Source of the DNA: Planctomycetota bacterium
Lineage (GTDB): Bacteria; Planctomycetota; Planctomycetia; Planctomycetales; Planctomycetaceae
Assembly (NCBI GenBank): GCA_027624335.1
Contig: JAQBWV010000002.1
Location: 18,541 to 82,540 of the forward strand
Length of the DNA stretch: 64,000 bases
Reading direction: 5' to 3'
Part shown: positions 10,017 through 19,594 of the stretch, in pieces
Numbering within the stretch: the first letter of the stretch is position 1
How the letters are laid out: each line of letters begins with the position of its first letter
Notes under the pieces: generated by a model
Database searches by the model: none
What the model saw: the letters and a program-made list of their open reading frames with translations, nothing else
Told to the model about the DNA's origin: nothing
Program-made: the position numbers and the translations under genes

Positions 10017-11348
10017 TTAGACAGTCTTAGAGACACCAGGAATCGCGATCGGATAGGCACCGTCGTCGCCTGGCGTGACCTTCGGAATCGTGTCCCACGT
10101 GTAGGATTCAGGCATGAGATCGATCTGAGAATTCAGAGCGTCTTCCCACTTGACCGGCTTACCACCGTAAACGGCCATGCGACCCATGATCGCGGTCAGA
10201 GTGCTGTTGGCACCGTACTCGCCTTCGTTGTAAGGGGTCCCGTTGCGGATCGCTGCGAACAGGTCGTCGTGCTCCGTCTGGTAAGGGTTGTTTTTCTTGC
10301 CGTCAAATCGCCAGCTATCACTTCCAGTGGCATCGATCCGGCCACCGAGATCGGCTGTACCTTTTGAACCGTGAGCGTGTTCGCTGACGCTATTCCAGCA
10401 GTTACGGACGTGTCGGCACTGGCTGAACATCTTTGTGCCGTCGTCGTAGGTGTATTCAACGGCGAAGTGGTCGAAAATTTCTCCGTACTTCTTGTCGGTA
10501 CGAACCTGTCGGCCGCCCATGCCATGACATTCAACGGGATGACTGTTGCCTTTAAGCCAGTTACACGCGTCGAGGTTGTGGATGTGCTGCTCACAAATGT
10601 GGTCGCCACACAGCCACGTGTAGTAGTACCAGTTGCGCATCTGGTATTCCATTTCGCCGCTGACCTGATCCCGGGTCCGGCGAGGATCCCAGACGCCGCC
10701 ACCGTTCCAGTAGCACCGCATTGTGATCACATCGCCAATCGCTCCGTCCTCAATGCGCTTCAGTGTTTCCAGATAGGTATTCTGATGATGCCGTTGCAGA
10801 CCGACGCCGATCTTGAGGTCTTTCTCTTTGGCAACCTTGACCGCTTCAAGAACCTTGCGGACGCCAGGCGCGTCAGTCGCAACAGGCTTCTCCATGAAGA
10901 CGTGCTTGCCAGCAGCTACAGCGGCTTCGACATGAATCGGACGAAAACCAGGAGGCGTTGCCAGAATGACCAGATCAACATCCGACGCCATCACCTTCTG
11001 GTACGCATCAAGACCAACGAACTTGTTTTCTTCAGCGACAGCAACTCGCTCTTCGGCCTGCTTACCCAAGGCTCCTTTGATCTGCTTCAGGCTGTTTTCC
11101 AGCTGATCCGGGAACGCGTCGGCCATGACGACGAGCTTGACTCGCCCAGCAGTGCTCAACGCTTGAGTTGCCGCACCTGTCCCACGTCCGCCACATCCGA
11201 TCAACGCAACCTTGATAACGTCGTCATTGCCGGCAAACGCTCCTGTTGGCAATGCAAGGCTGGCGAAAGCACTTGCTCCAGCGGCGGCAACGGTTGTTGA
11301 CTTGATGAAGTCACGACGTGAGCTGGCACTCGGTGTTTTGTCAGACAT
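10017..11348 (-). CDS. Gfo/Idh/MocA family oxidoreductase, Tat-exported
   Basis: 443 aa. Tat signal SSRRDFIKSTTVAAAGASAFA. Rossmann motif KVALIGCGGRGTGA. The remainder is typical of the planctomycete periplasmic Gfo/Idh/MocA family. Confidence 0.88.
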   Translation of the reverse strand: MSDKTPSASSRRDFIKSTTVAAAGASAFASLALPTGAFAGNDDVIKVALIGCGGRGTGAATQALSTAGRVKLVVMADAFPDQLENSLKQIKGALGKQAEERVAVAEENKFVGLDAYQKVMASDVDLVILATPPGFRPIHVEAAVAAGKHVFMEKPVATDAPGVRKVLEAVKVAKEKDLKIGVGLQRHHQNTYLETLKRIEDGAIGDVITMRCYWNGGGVWDPRRTRDQVSGEMEYQMRNWYYYTWLCGDHICEQHIHNLDACNWLKGNSHPVECHGMGGRQVRTDKKYGEIFDHFAVEYTYDDGTKMFSQCRHVRNCWNSVSEHAHGSKGTADLGGRIDATGSDSWRFDGKKNNPYQTEHDDLFAAIRNGTPYNEGEYGANSTLTAIMGRMAVYGGKPVKWEDALNSQIDLMPESYTWDTIPKVTPGDDGAYPIAIPGVSKTV

Positions 11349-11432
11349 GGTTTTCTCCAGAACCGGATTAACGCGGGAAAGTTAAAATATTGTTCAGGCA
11401 CATTCAGCGGCGATGCGTCGCCGAATGACACA

Positions 11433-12488
11433 CTAGCCGGCGCGTCCTTGCTTTGCGATTTCTTGCTCGGGATCGAGCTTAAGCTTCACTCGTTCTTCTG
11501 GTGTCGGTGGTTTCAGTGGGCGAACTATGCGGAAGCCAACGTGAAGTGCGTCCGTGTGATACCAGATGCTCTTTGGGATTTGCGGATCCTGAAATTTCCA
11601 TTCAGGATCGGAAGCGTAACGCGAGGCACTACGCAAACCGTCCGCATCGTCGTCCCATGATCCACCTCGCACGATTCGCGGATACATATCCGTCGGAACG
11701 TTGAGTGGCGATTTCGCGGCACCCCTTGATGCAATGTCGCTGTACCACTCAGGATCGTACCGGTCGAGAACCCATTCGGACACGTTCCCGTGCATGTCGT
11801 AGAGCCCCCACGGATTCGGCTTTTTCAAGCCAGTTTTGTGGTACTGCTCGTCGCTGTTGTCGTAATACCAGCCGAAATCACCGAGGTCGTCAGGGCTATC
11901 GCCAAATGAATAGGCGGTGGTCTTCCCTGCGCGGCACGCGTATTCCCACTCGGCTTCAGTCGGGAGGCGGTAAAAGTGCCCAGTCTTTTCGCTGAGCCAA
12001 CGGCAATACATTTTGGCGGCGTGCTGTGTCATGCAAATTGCTGGATAGCCGTCATGTCCCATGCCGAATGTCATGTCCGTGTACGGTGGAGTCGGGCGAG
12101 TCACTGCGTCAGCGACCGCGTCGAGCTTGGTTGGTTCTGCCCCGGCAATATTGCGTCGCTGGATGTCCAGGCGAAAGCTCCAGATGTCATACTCATCCCA
12201 GGTAACTTCGTACTTACCCATCCAGAACGGTTCGATCTTGACCTTCACCTGAGGGCCTTCGTCATCCTTGCGGTTGGCTTCCGTGGATGGACTGCCCAGC
12301 ATGAACTCGCCACCCGGAATTGGCACCATGTCGAACGACACATCCACTCCCGAGAGTGTTTCCACGTACGGCTTCATCGCTGGTTTTTCAGCAACACTAT
12401 CCGCCGCAGTCGACGGTTGCACCGATCCGAAGAACAGCACGACGAGCAGGCGGCATATCGAAGCTGCAAGGTTGGCATGAACTGTCAT
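11433..12488 (-). CDS. Formylglycine-generating-enzyme (SUMF1/FGE-sulfatase) domain protein, secreted
   Basis: 351 aa with an N-terminal signal. [61 protein letters not shown] and RGGSW are FGE-fold blocks. Confidence 0.85.
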   Translation of the reverse strand: MTVHANLAASICRLLVVLFFGSVQPSTAADSVAEKPAMKPYVETLSGVDVSFDMVPIPGGEFMLGSPSTEANRKDDEGPQVKVKIEPFWMGKYEVTWDEYDIWSFRLDIQRRNIAGAEPTKLDAVADAVTRPTPPYTDMTFGMGHDGYPAICMTQHAAKMYCRWLSEKTGHFYRLPTEAEWEYACRAGKTTAYSFGDSPDDLGDFGWYYDNSDEQYHKTGLKKPNPWGLYDMHGNVSEWVLDRYDPEWYSDIASRGAAKSPLNVPTDMYPRIVRGGSWDDDADGLRSASRYASDPEWKFQDPQIPKSIWYHTDALHVGFRIVRPLKPPTPEERVKLKLDPEQEIAKQGRAG

Positions 12489-12608
12489 GGAAAGTTAGTT
12501 TCCGGTGAAAGTGACTTTGATTGATCAGTTTCGGATACTGGAAGCGCAGACAGAATTAGTGAAGAATCTTCAACGTATCAGACCTGAACTCAAACAGGCT
12601 TCCTCAAA

Positions 12609-13682
12609 ATGTCGACTCGACTAGTTCTCATCTTGTACTGTGTTGTGACCGTCTCAAGTGCCGCCCCAACATCAGCGGAAGAGCAAGTTGACGGACTTCG
12701 TCGGTTCATCTTCGAACGCGTCGAAATGGGTGTTCAAGTCAGGATGTCAGTGTACGCCTCGGAATCTGGCGTTGCAAACAAGGCCATTGAAGCAGCATAC
12801 GCACGAGTTCACGAGCTCAACGGGATATTTTCTGATTACGACAGCTCGAGTGAAGTACGGCGATTGTGCGAGACCTCACGGCCCGGTCGTCCGGTTCGAG
12901 TGAGCAGAGAACTATTCCAGGTTTTGAAGTCGAGTCTGCAGCTTTCTCGTGATTCAGATGGCGCGTTCGATGTGACTGTTGGACCGTTGACAAAGCTCTG
13001 GCGGCGAGCGAGCAGACGCGAATTGTTGCCTGATCCAGTTCTACTGGCGGAAGCGAAGAATCTCGTCAACTATCGGCTGATCCGTCTTAACGCCGAGTCG
13101 GAAACTGTCGAGTTATTGCTCAGTGGAATGCGAATAGACCTCGGAGGAATCGCTAAGGGATTCGCAGCAGATGAGGCAATTAGCACTCTTGCCAAGCATG
13201 GAATTACCAGGGCACTTGTCGATGCCAGTGGCGACATCGTCGCCAGCGATCCACCTCCGGGGGCGGATCACTGGGTTATAGCTATCGAGTCGCTGAGCCA
13301 GCGAACGGCTGACAAGAACAAAGTTGACCTCGATAATCCGAACGATATTGTGAAGCTCAAAATCCGAAACCAGGCTGTTGCGACTTCAGGAGACGCCTAT
13401 CAAAGCGTCGTAATTGCTGGGCGACGATACTCACACATCGTGGATCCCAGGACGGGTCTCGGCCTTGGACAGCGAAGCAGCGTGACTGTGATCGCGCCTT
13501 CGGGAATGCTTGCCGATAGTCTTGCGTCTGCCGTCTGTGTTTCAGGTCCGGATGCTGGGACCCTGCTGATCGAGCAATCGGATCGACCTGATACTGAGTC
13601 ATACATCATGTCCGCCAGGGAAGAATCTGGTCAGGTGAGCGTCATGCGATCGTCAGGCTTTGAGAAGTTTTTGCTGAAGTAG
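12609..13682 (+). CDS. apbE: FAD:protein FMN transferase (ApbE family)
   Basis: 357 aa with a signal peptide. FDVTVGPL, IDLGGIAKGFAADEA, ATSGDAYQ and SHIVDPRTG match ApbE motifs. Confidence 0.85.
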   Translation: MSTRLVLILYCVVTVSSAAPTSAEEQVDGLRRFIFERVEMGVQVRMSVYASESGVANKAIEAAYARVHELNGIFSDYDSSSEVRRLCETSRPGRPVRVSRELFQVLKSSLQLSRDSDGAFDVTVGPLTKLWRRASRRELLPDPVLLAEAKNLVNYRLIRLNAESETVELLLSGMRIDLGGIAKGFAADEAISTLAKHGITRALVDASGDIVASDPPPGADHWVIAIESLSQRTADKNKVDLDNPNDIVKLKIRNQAVATSGDAYQSVVIAGRRYSHIVDPRTGLGLGQRSSVTVIAPSGMLADSLASAVCVSGPDAGTLLIEQSDRPDTESYIMSAREESGQVSVMRSSGFEKFLLK

Positions 13683-13771
13683 CGGCAAGATTGCCGACAG
13701 ACTTCACTCCAATCACCAATGTGGCATGCGACAACAGGTTTTGAACACGAAAGACGACAACCGCGCAGACA

Positions 13772-13797
13772 AGCAGCCCGCCAATTGGCAGGCTGCT
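13772..13797. terminator. Hairpin between convergent apbE and csrA (possible bidirectional terminator)
   Basis: AGCAGCCCGCC-AATT-GGCAGGCTGCT gives an 11-bp stem with one mismatch and a 4-nt loop. There is no clean U-tract on either side. Confidence 0.4.
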
Positions 13798-13820
13798 CTC
13801 AATTGAAATTCACAGTGCGA

Positions 13821-14021
13821 CTACCTCGGGGCTGTCGGGCGATGAGACACTAGTTCGGCCTCACCGCTTTGCTCAACACAAAGTTCTTCTCGCACGATGT
13901 TCATGTCACGTGGGGCATCAATCCCTAGACGAACGGTGTTTGGACCGATTCGCACAATGGTGATCGCTACCTTGTCACCGATCAGGATTCGTTCGCCTGG
14001 CTTCCTTGACAGTACCAACAT
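13821..14021 (-). CDS. csrA: Carbon storage regulator CsrA
   Basis: 66 aa. MLVLSRKPGERILIGDKVAITIVRIGPNTVRLGIDAPRDMNIVREEL is a near-consensus CsrA sequence. Confidence 0.92.
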   Translation of the reverse strand: MLVLSRKPGERILIGDKVAITIVRIGPNTVRLGIDAPRDMNIVREELCVEQSGEAELVSHRPTAPR

Positions 14022-14028
14022 TCTGTTG

Positions 14029-14033
14029 CCTCC
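14029..14033 (-). promoter_or_regulatory. Shine-Dalgarno (GGAGG) of csrA, containing a GGA core
   Basis: The minus strand reads CCAGTGAGGAGGCAACAGA-ATG, with a 7-nt spacer to the start codon. Confidence 0.55.
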
Positions 14034-14791
14034 TCACTGGAGTTCCACCTTTGCTTCCATGCTCTCTTGATATCGTCCGGCTTTCTTCCAAACGAGAAAG
14101 AGGCCACGACTTCGCCCGCATGCGCCTCGAGGTACCACCCAAAGAAGACGCCGGACTGCGCACGACGCGCCGTCTGATATCGAGCAAACTGGGCGTCAGC
14201 ATAACGTGACACATCGGGATGTCCATTCATTTCCCGACATTCTGCCAAAATCGGTGTTGGAAACGAAGTGGTGAAGTGAACGTGTAAGTCTAAGTAAACA
14301 AGTGGTTTACAAGTACGACTGCTTAGTCTGCGCAGAATTGCCAACTGAGTCAGCATGACGACACCCGGGGTGGACCAGGTGAACCCTTAGGCTGATGGTT
14401 TTCGAGGTGGCAATCGCACGGAGTCAAAACCACGGTGGGTGATCACCTTGATTTCTTGTTCAGGCGCTGCCGCGGAATTTGTCATCGCGCATAAAGTGGA
14501 AGGTTGATCGTGTGGGATGAAATGCAGGCGAGGGGAGTGCCGCTCCGTGTTGCCAAAAATTCCTCCCTGGCTGTTGTGGCGCGATGATTACGACCTTCCG
14601 GTTATCCTGAAAAGTGACTGCCGTCGCAATGGGTTGAGTCCGACCGCCTTCTTGCACGCCGGGTAATTTGGCCGATCTGGTGCCTTGAAGCACGGACTGC
14701 CTTCTGTTGAACTTCGTGGCAATGGTCGCCGAAGGGGTGCCACTCACTTCATATCACTTTGTCAGACCGTTGGGTACCAGGAGAGAATTGG

Positions 14792-15892
14792 ATGGTCAGG
14801 ATCGGAATTATCGGGATTGGTTTCATGGGAATGACGCACTTTGAAGGTGCTAACCGATTCAAGGACGATCCGAGTTCAGGTCGACGTTGCATCGTCGGAT
14901 CAAAGCTGAAGAATGGTAAAGTCACCGCGATTGCAACTCGTAACCCGAAGAAGCTCGACGGTGACTGGCGATCGATACAAGGAAATTTTGGTCCTCCCGG
15001 GGCGTTGAACGACCTGTCGTCAATCAAGACTTATGTGGATTATCACGACCTTCTGGCTGACCCGGATATCGATCTCGTCGACGTCTGTCTGCCCGTCGAG
15101 CAGCACGAGCGGGTTGCTCTGGAAGCCATCAAGGCTGGCAAAAACGTGATCGTCGAGAAGCCAATTTCCGTAGACATCAAAGCGGCCAACAGAATGGTCA
15201 TGGCTGCCGGGAAAGCCAGGGTGCAGCTGATGGTCGCTCACGTGCTGCCATTCTTCCCGGAGTTCGCGTTCGCTTTGTCCGCTGTGTCCAGCGGTCGGTA
15301 TGGAAAGCTGCAGGCCGCTCACTTTCGACGCGTGATCGCTCCTCCGGCCTGGTCAGCAAGTCTGTCTGATTTTCGTAATGCTGGGGGCTGGGGTGTCGAC
15401 CTGCACATTCACGACAACCATTTCATCAGCACGCTGTGTGGTGTGCCGAAGCAGGTGTTTTCGCGCGGGACGCTGGTTGAAGGTTTTGTGAACCACGTTC
15501 ATTCCAACTACGTCTACGATGATCCAGGACTGGCTGTCTCGTGTGTCAGTGGTGGCATCGCTGCTCAAGGGCTCGCCTTTGCTCACGGCTTCGAATTGTA
15601 CCTTGAGGAAGCAACGATCGTCTTCAGCGCTGGCACTTATGGTGGCGAATGGTCGGTCGATCGCGGACTCACACTCATCACAAACAAAGGCCGGAAGGTG
15701 ACGACGCCAGAACTGAAAGGCGGCACTGAGTGGTGCTCGGCATTCACTGCCGAGTTGCAGGCTGCGGTTGACGGTGTCCTTGCAGGAGAGACACCTCAGA
15801 TGCTGTCGGGAGCGCTGGCTCGCGACGCTCTGAAACTCTGTTATGCCGAAGCAAAGAGCATCACGTCAGGCCGCGCTGTTAAGGTCAGCTAG
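14792..15892 (+). CDS. Gfo/Idh/MocA family oxidoreductase (cytoplasmic type)
   Basis: The start is set at ATG 14792, preceded by GGAGAG. MVRIGIIGIGFMGMTHF is a Rossmann motif, followed by VDVCLPVEQHERVALEAIKAGKNVIVEKP. Confidence 0.85.
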   Translation: MVRIGIIGIGFMGMTHFEGANRFKDDPSSGRRCIVGSKLKNGKVTAIATRNPKKLDGDWRSIQGNFGPPGALNDLSSIKTYVDYHDLLADPDIDLVDVCLPVEQHERVALEAIKAGKNVIVEKPISVDIKAANRMVMAAGKARVQLMVAHVLPFFPEFAFALSAVSSGRYGKLQAAHFRRVIAPPAWSASLSDFRNAGGWGVDLHIHDNHFISTLCGVPKQVFSRGTLVEGFVNHVHSNYVYDDPGLAVSCVSGGIAAQGLAFAHGFELYLEEATIVFSAGTYGGEWSVDRGLTLITNKGRKVTTPELKGGTEWCSAFTAELQAAVDGVLAGETPQMLSGALARDALKLCYAEAKSITSGRAVKVS

Positions 15893-16107
15893 CAGTCTGA
15901 CCAACAAAGCGCCACAGGCGGCATGCTCAGGACGGCCTGTCGATCAGCCTTTACAGTCCCTGCACACTTTCATCAGCAAGGTAATCCGTAACAATGGGGC
16001 TGCCGACTGTCGGAGCGTCGCGTTGTACGTTTTCGGCCTTCGCGAGTTTTTCGCGAGAGCAGCGAGAGTGCGGCACCAGAAAGTGCGGAACGGTCATAGC
16101 AAGTCAC

Positions 16108-16947
16108 ATGGTTGAAAATCTGCCTGTCAAGACTCACGAATTCAACGGGTTGACGATCGAGGGGTACTCGCGCGCGGCAGTGCAGAGTTACTGGCGCATT
16201 CCCGAGTTGAAGGTAGGGTTCGATCTTGGCGGCAGCCCATGGAGTTTCACGGGGACGCCGACATTTTTCATTACGCACGGTCATCTCGATCACATGGCGG
16301 CGTTGCCAGTGTTCGTGGCGAGACGACGGATGATGAAGATGGAGCCTCCGACGATCTATCTTCCGGCAGAAATTGTCGAGCCCACCGAGCGACTGCTGAA
16401 AGCGTGGCAGAGTCTCGATCGCGGTCGCATGGTTTGCGAACTGAATGGTGTCAGTCCGGGGGACGAGTTCGAACTTTCTCGCGAGCACGTCGTCACCGTC
16501 TTCAAGACAAAGCACACCGTGCCGTCAATCGGGTATCAAATCTGGGATCGGCGACGTAAGTTGAAGCCGGAACTTGTCGGACTGCCTCAAGATGTGATTC
16601 GTGATCGCAAACTGGCGGGCGAGGACGTCACTCAGGAAGTGCGAGTGCCTCTTGTGTGCTACACCGGTGATACTGCTCCCGCAGGGCTCGACGACTACCA
16701 ACCGTGTTTTGAGTCTCAACTCCTGATTACCGAATTGACGTTCTTTCGGCCAGAACATCGCAAGGAAAAGATCCACAAGTTCGGCCACATGCACCTCGAC
16801 GATTTCATCGACCGGATGGATAAGTTCCGCAACGAGCTGATCATCGTCGGGCATTTCAGCACTCGCTATCACGAGCATCAGTTGGAAAAGGCGATTGCAA
16901 AGCGTGTGCCGCCGGAACTCCGCGAACGGCTGTTGATCTGGGTGTGA
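16108..16947 (+). CDS. MBL-fold metallo-hydrolase (RNase Z / beta-lactamase-like)
   Basis: [14 protein letters not shown] (HxHxDH motif) and HFSTRYH near the C-terminus. The start is set at ATG 16108; the longest ORF begins at 15994. Confidence 0.75.
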   Translation: MVENLPVKTHEFNGLTIEGYSRAAVQSYWRIPELKVGFDLGGSPWSFTGTPTFFITHGHLDHMAALPVFVARRRMMKMEPPTIYLPAEIVEPTERLLKAWQSLDRGRMVCELNGVSPGDEFELSREHVVTVFKTKHTVPSIGYQIWDRRRKLKPELVGLPQDVIRDRKLAGEDVTQEVRVPLVCYTGDTAPAGLDDYQPCFESQLLITELTFFRPEHRKEKIHKFGHMHLDDFIDRMDKFRNELIIVGHFSTRYHEHQLEKAIAKRVPPELRERLLIWV

Positions 16948-16965
16948 GGAGACGCTGACCCCGTA

Positions 16966-19197
16966 TTACCGGAAGCGGAATGAGCGCTGGAAGAATCGGA
17001 GCAGACGTCGACCGGCGGATTGTGGTGACGTGTGAATCTTCGCCAGGCCGGTTCCTCGGACGCTCAATTTCGAAGTAGCCGGATCGAGTCGGACTCGCGC
17101 CTGGTAAGCCGTTGTCACGGGCCGCGGAATTCCGTCGGAATCCAGGCGTGTGGGAAATTCGTCGTGTTCGACCAGCTCTCGCGGAGCGACATCGAGATCG
17201 ATTTCTGCGATGTCGACAATCTGGCCGGTCAGGATTTCTCCCGGTACGTGATCGATCCGCAGTTCAACGCTCTGCCCATCAGTAATGAACTCGACATCGC
17301 TCTGGTCGATGGCGATGACCGCTTCGAAACGGTTGGAAGCAGCGATCTGGCAAAACTCGGTGCCGACGTCGAGCCACGTTCCCCTGTTCGACTCGTCAAG
17401 TGGAGTGCCACTCCAGCGGGGCAATTCGCCAGTGGACGAGAGTTGTTCGACCGGGCGTGGCCGTGCGGGGGGGTGAATGACAAGTCCGGCAGCGGGAGCT
17501 CGCAGCGTCAGTCGATCCCGGTCGGCGTGACGGTGTTGCAGTTCATCTTTCCTTTCCTGCAGTCGCTCCTGTGTTCCTGGAATGAGTGGGGCAACCTCGT
17601 CTCCGTCACGCAGGCGGCGGCTGGCCAGGTTGTCGAGCTGTTGTTGCAGTAGCGCCACTTCACCTTCGAGTCGGACGATCGTTCGTGCGAGCAGCGGATT
17701 CTCAAGCTGTGCAAGTTTCTGGCCCGCTTCGACGACAGTGTCTGGCGTGACAGCCGAGCACAATGTTCCGCTGTAGTGGACGTAGACGCTACGTGCGTTC
17801 TCGGGGCGGACCACGGCAGGAGCGCGAACTGAGAACGGTATCGGAATCAGCAGCCCCGCCGTGAGCAGCCCGAGCGTTAGAATTGTTCGCAGTCGGAATC
17901 GGGACCAGTTCACTGTTCGACTCCATAAGGGACTGCTCAGTAGGTTTATCAGCTGGGCCAATGGTGAGAGCAACATGCCGGCGACAGTCAGAATGGCCAT
18001 CACGATAACGAATGGCTCGAGACCATAAGGGGCGAGCAGGTGATGGACAAACCACAGAATTCCCCAGACGACGAGCACTCGGTACAGCACTGACGAGACG
18101 TACCACGCTGCCAGAAACAGTTTGCGGCGTTGAGGCAACAGCCGGCGACTGGCAAGTTCTGTGTCGAGGAACCAGATACTCAACCAGTTGCGGCACAGCG
18201 TCCCGGCCTGTTGACGAAGGTTCGGGATCTCGACCAGGTCGGCGAGGATGTAATATCCGTCATAACGCAGCAGCGGATTGCCGTTAAACAGTACCGTGCT
18301 CACCGAGCAGACGAAGACCACGTTCAGGCAGAGCGAGTTGAACGGTCCCGGAATGGAGAACCACCACAGAAACAGGCAGCCTGCAGAGAGAAGCAACTCG
18401 ACATAAATCCCCGCAGCACTGATGACGATTCGCTGCCAGCGGCTGGGCAGTATCCACGCGTCGGAAACATTGCAATACAGACAGGGAGTCATTACGAGCA
18501 GCATGACGCCCATTTCGTGACACTCGCCGCCAAAGTGGCGACATGAGACCGCATGGCCGAGTTCGTGCAGCACCTTGGTCGTCGCCAGCGTCAGAGCCAG
18601 CAACAGCAGATTCGACGCGCCGAAGAACTCGTGAAAGCGAGGAAGCCTCGCCTGCAGGGTATCAATACGAACTGCGGCAAGGAGCACGGCGGTAAGCATC
18701 AGGCCGACGCAAATCGTCACGCACCACGGCGCGAACAGAAAACGAGTGCGCGGCACCAGCCAGTTGAGAAAGCGATGCGGATCGAAACCTCGGAACCTGA
18801 TCGCCAGGATATTGGAAAGTTGTTTGAGATGCCGCTGGCCTCGCTCGGTACGAGTTCGAGAGACCAGGATGTGCGACTGCCCAGGCGAGTCGGAGATGAT
18901 CAAACCGGAACCGTGCAGCGTCGCAAGGAACGACTGAACCTGAGGCAGTGACAGTCGCTGTGGAGCGAACTTCAGCTCGAACTGGCGACGAATGTCTCGC
19001 AGCGAGACGGTCCCGTCGAGCATCATCAGCACGGCATGTTCTTCCGGGCTGAGTTGGTAGTAACGCAACGAAACGGGGTCTTTCACGTGCCAGTAGCGAC
19101 TGCCGCCGATGTGTTGTTCGTGACATAGCAGGTCCGCGCGCCGACGGAGCGGCAGTGTTCGAGTCTCTGCGGTTTGAGCAGGCGCCGCGACGGACAT
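16966..19197 (-). CDS. Polytopic M50 (site-2-protease-like) metallopeptidase core fused to a HlyD-type periplasmic adaptor domain
   Basis: 743 aa. The HExxH motif LHELGHAV is at aa 210-217 inside a TM segment. The second M50 motif is NGNPLLRYDGYY (aa 305-316), with many TM helices up to about aa 455. The C-terminal 270 aa show a lipoyl-like segment, a coiled coil (EGEVALLQQQLDNLASRRL..) and a beta-barrel (GQSVELRIDHVPGEILTGQIVDIA), as in HlyD/MFP adaptors. Confidence 0.8.
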   Translation of the reverse strand: MSVAAPAQTAETRTLPLRRRADLLCHEQHIGGSRYWHVKDPVSLRYYQLSPEEHAVLMMLDGTVSLRDIRRQFELKFAPQRLSLPQVQSFLATLHGSGLIISDSPGQSHILVSRTRTERGQRHLKQLSNILAIRFRGFDPHRFLNWLVPRTRFLFAPWCVTICVGLMLTAVLLAAVRIDTLQARLPRFHEFFGASNLLLLALTLATTKVLHELGHAVSCRHFGGECHEMGVMLLVMTPCLYCNVSDAWILPSRWQRIVISAAGIYVELLLSAGCLFLWWFSIPGPFNSLCLNVVFVCSVSTVLFNGNPLLRYDGYYILADLVEIPNLRQQAGTLCRNWLSIWFLDTELASRRLLPQRRKLFLAAWYVSSVLYRVLVVWGILWFVHHLLAPYGLEPFVIVMAILTVAGMLLSPLAQLINLLSSPLWSRTVNWSRFRLRTILTLGLLTAGLLIPIPFSVRAPAVVRPENARSVYVHYSGTLCSAVTPDTVVEAGQKLAQLENPLLARTIVRLEGEVALLQQQLDNLASRRLRDGDEVAPLIPGTQERLQERKDELQHRHADRDRLTLRAPAAGLVIHPPARPRPVEQLSSTGELPRWSGTPLDESNRGTWLDVGTEFCQIAASNRFEAVIAIDQSDVEFITDGQSVELRIDHVPGEILTGQIVDIAEIDLDVAPRELVEHDEFPTRLDSDGIPRPVTTAYQARVRLDPATSKLSVRGTGLAKIHTSPQSAGRRLLRFFQRSFRFR

Positions 19198-19258
19198 GGG
19201 GACTCAATTCCCGATCTGAAGATCCAAACGTCTAAATGAAGCGACAATCGCGGCAGGA

Positions 19259-19483
19259 TTAATCGGTCTCAACATAGATGACGGCCGCTTCCTCTCCCCG
19301 GAAGCTGATGCGGTGATTGTCCAGCGCGATGATACAGGGACTGCCCGATTGAACCATCTTGATTTCTACGCCGTCGCTCAGCCCCATTTCGTTCAGCCGG
19401 TGAACGAGCGATGGCTCCCCTTCAATTTCGACGATGCGGGCACGCTCGCCGGCGGAAAGCAATTCCAGAGGGATGATCGGCAC
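19259..19483 (-). CDS. FeoA-domain (SH3-like) small protein
   Basis: 74 aa with a GTG start. LSAGERARIVEIEG...LVHRLNEMGLSDGVEIKMVQSGSPCIIALDNHRISFRGEEAAVIYV matches the FeoA/DtxR C-terminal SH3 fold pattern. No feoB is present in the window. Confidence 0.75.
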   Translation of the reverse strand: MPIIPLELLSAGERARIVEIEGEPSLVHRLNEMGLSDGVEIKMVQSGSPCIIALDNHRISFRGEEAAVIYVETD

Positions 19484-19594
19484 TTAGGTCGGTCCTCAAG
19501 GCACACACTGGATGGCCGTTTCGACGCCACTTTCCGTCGCGACATCCTGCACTGACGCTCCGAGGAATAACGACTTCTGTGCGGTGTCGGGAAG

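Noticed and set aside
10371-11300. 309-aa plus-strand ORF opposite the Tat-exported Gfo/Idh/MocA oxidoreductase. Similar cases are 11976..12524 opposite the FGE-domain gene and 17032..17652 opposite the M50-HlyD gene.
   Set aside because: These are shadow ORFs. The opposite strand has strong homology-type signatures in every case.
13982-14356. 124-aa minus-strand ORF immediately upstream of and overlapping csrA. I considered it as a possible FliW, the usual CsrA antagonist.
   Set aside because: The sequence shows none of the FliW pattern I know. It overlaps csrA by 40 nt out of frame and the longest form has no clear RBS. I treat it as unsupported and mention it only under the csrA finding.
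14460-14758. Possible riboswitch or SRP-like RNA upstream of the oxidoreductase, suggested by CCGGAAGG on the minus strand and AGTCCGACCGCC resembling a B12 box.
   Set aside because: The matches are only 8-12 nt and the flanking conserved elements of SRP RNA or cobalamin riboswitches are absent. A covariance-model scan is needed before any call.
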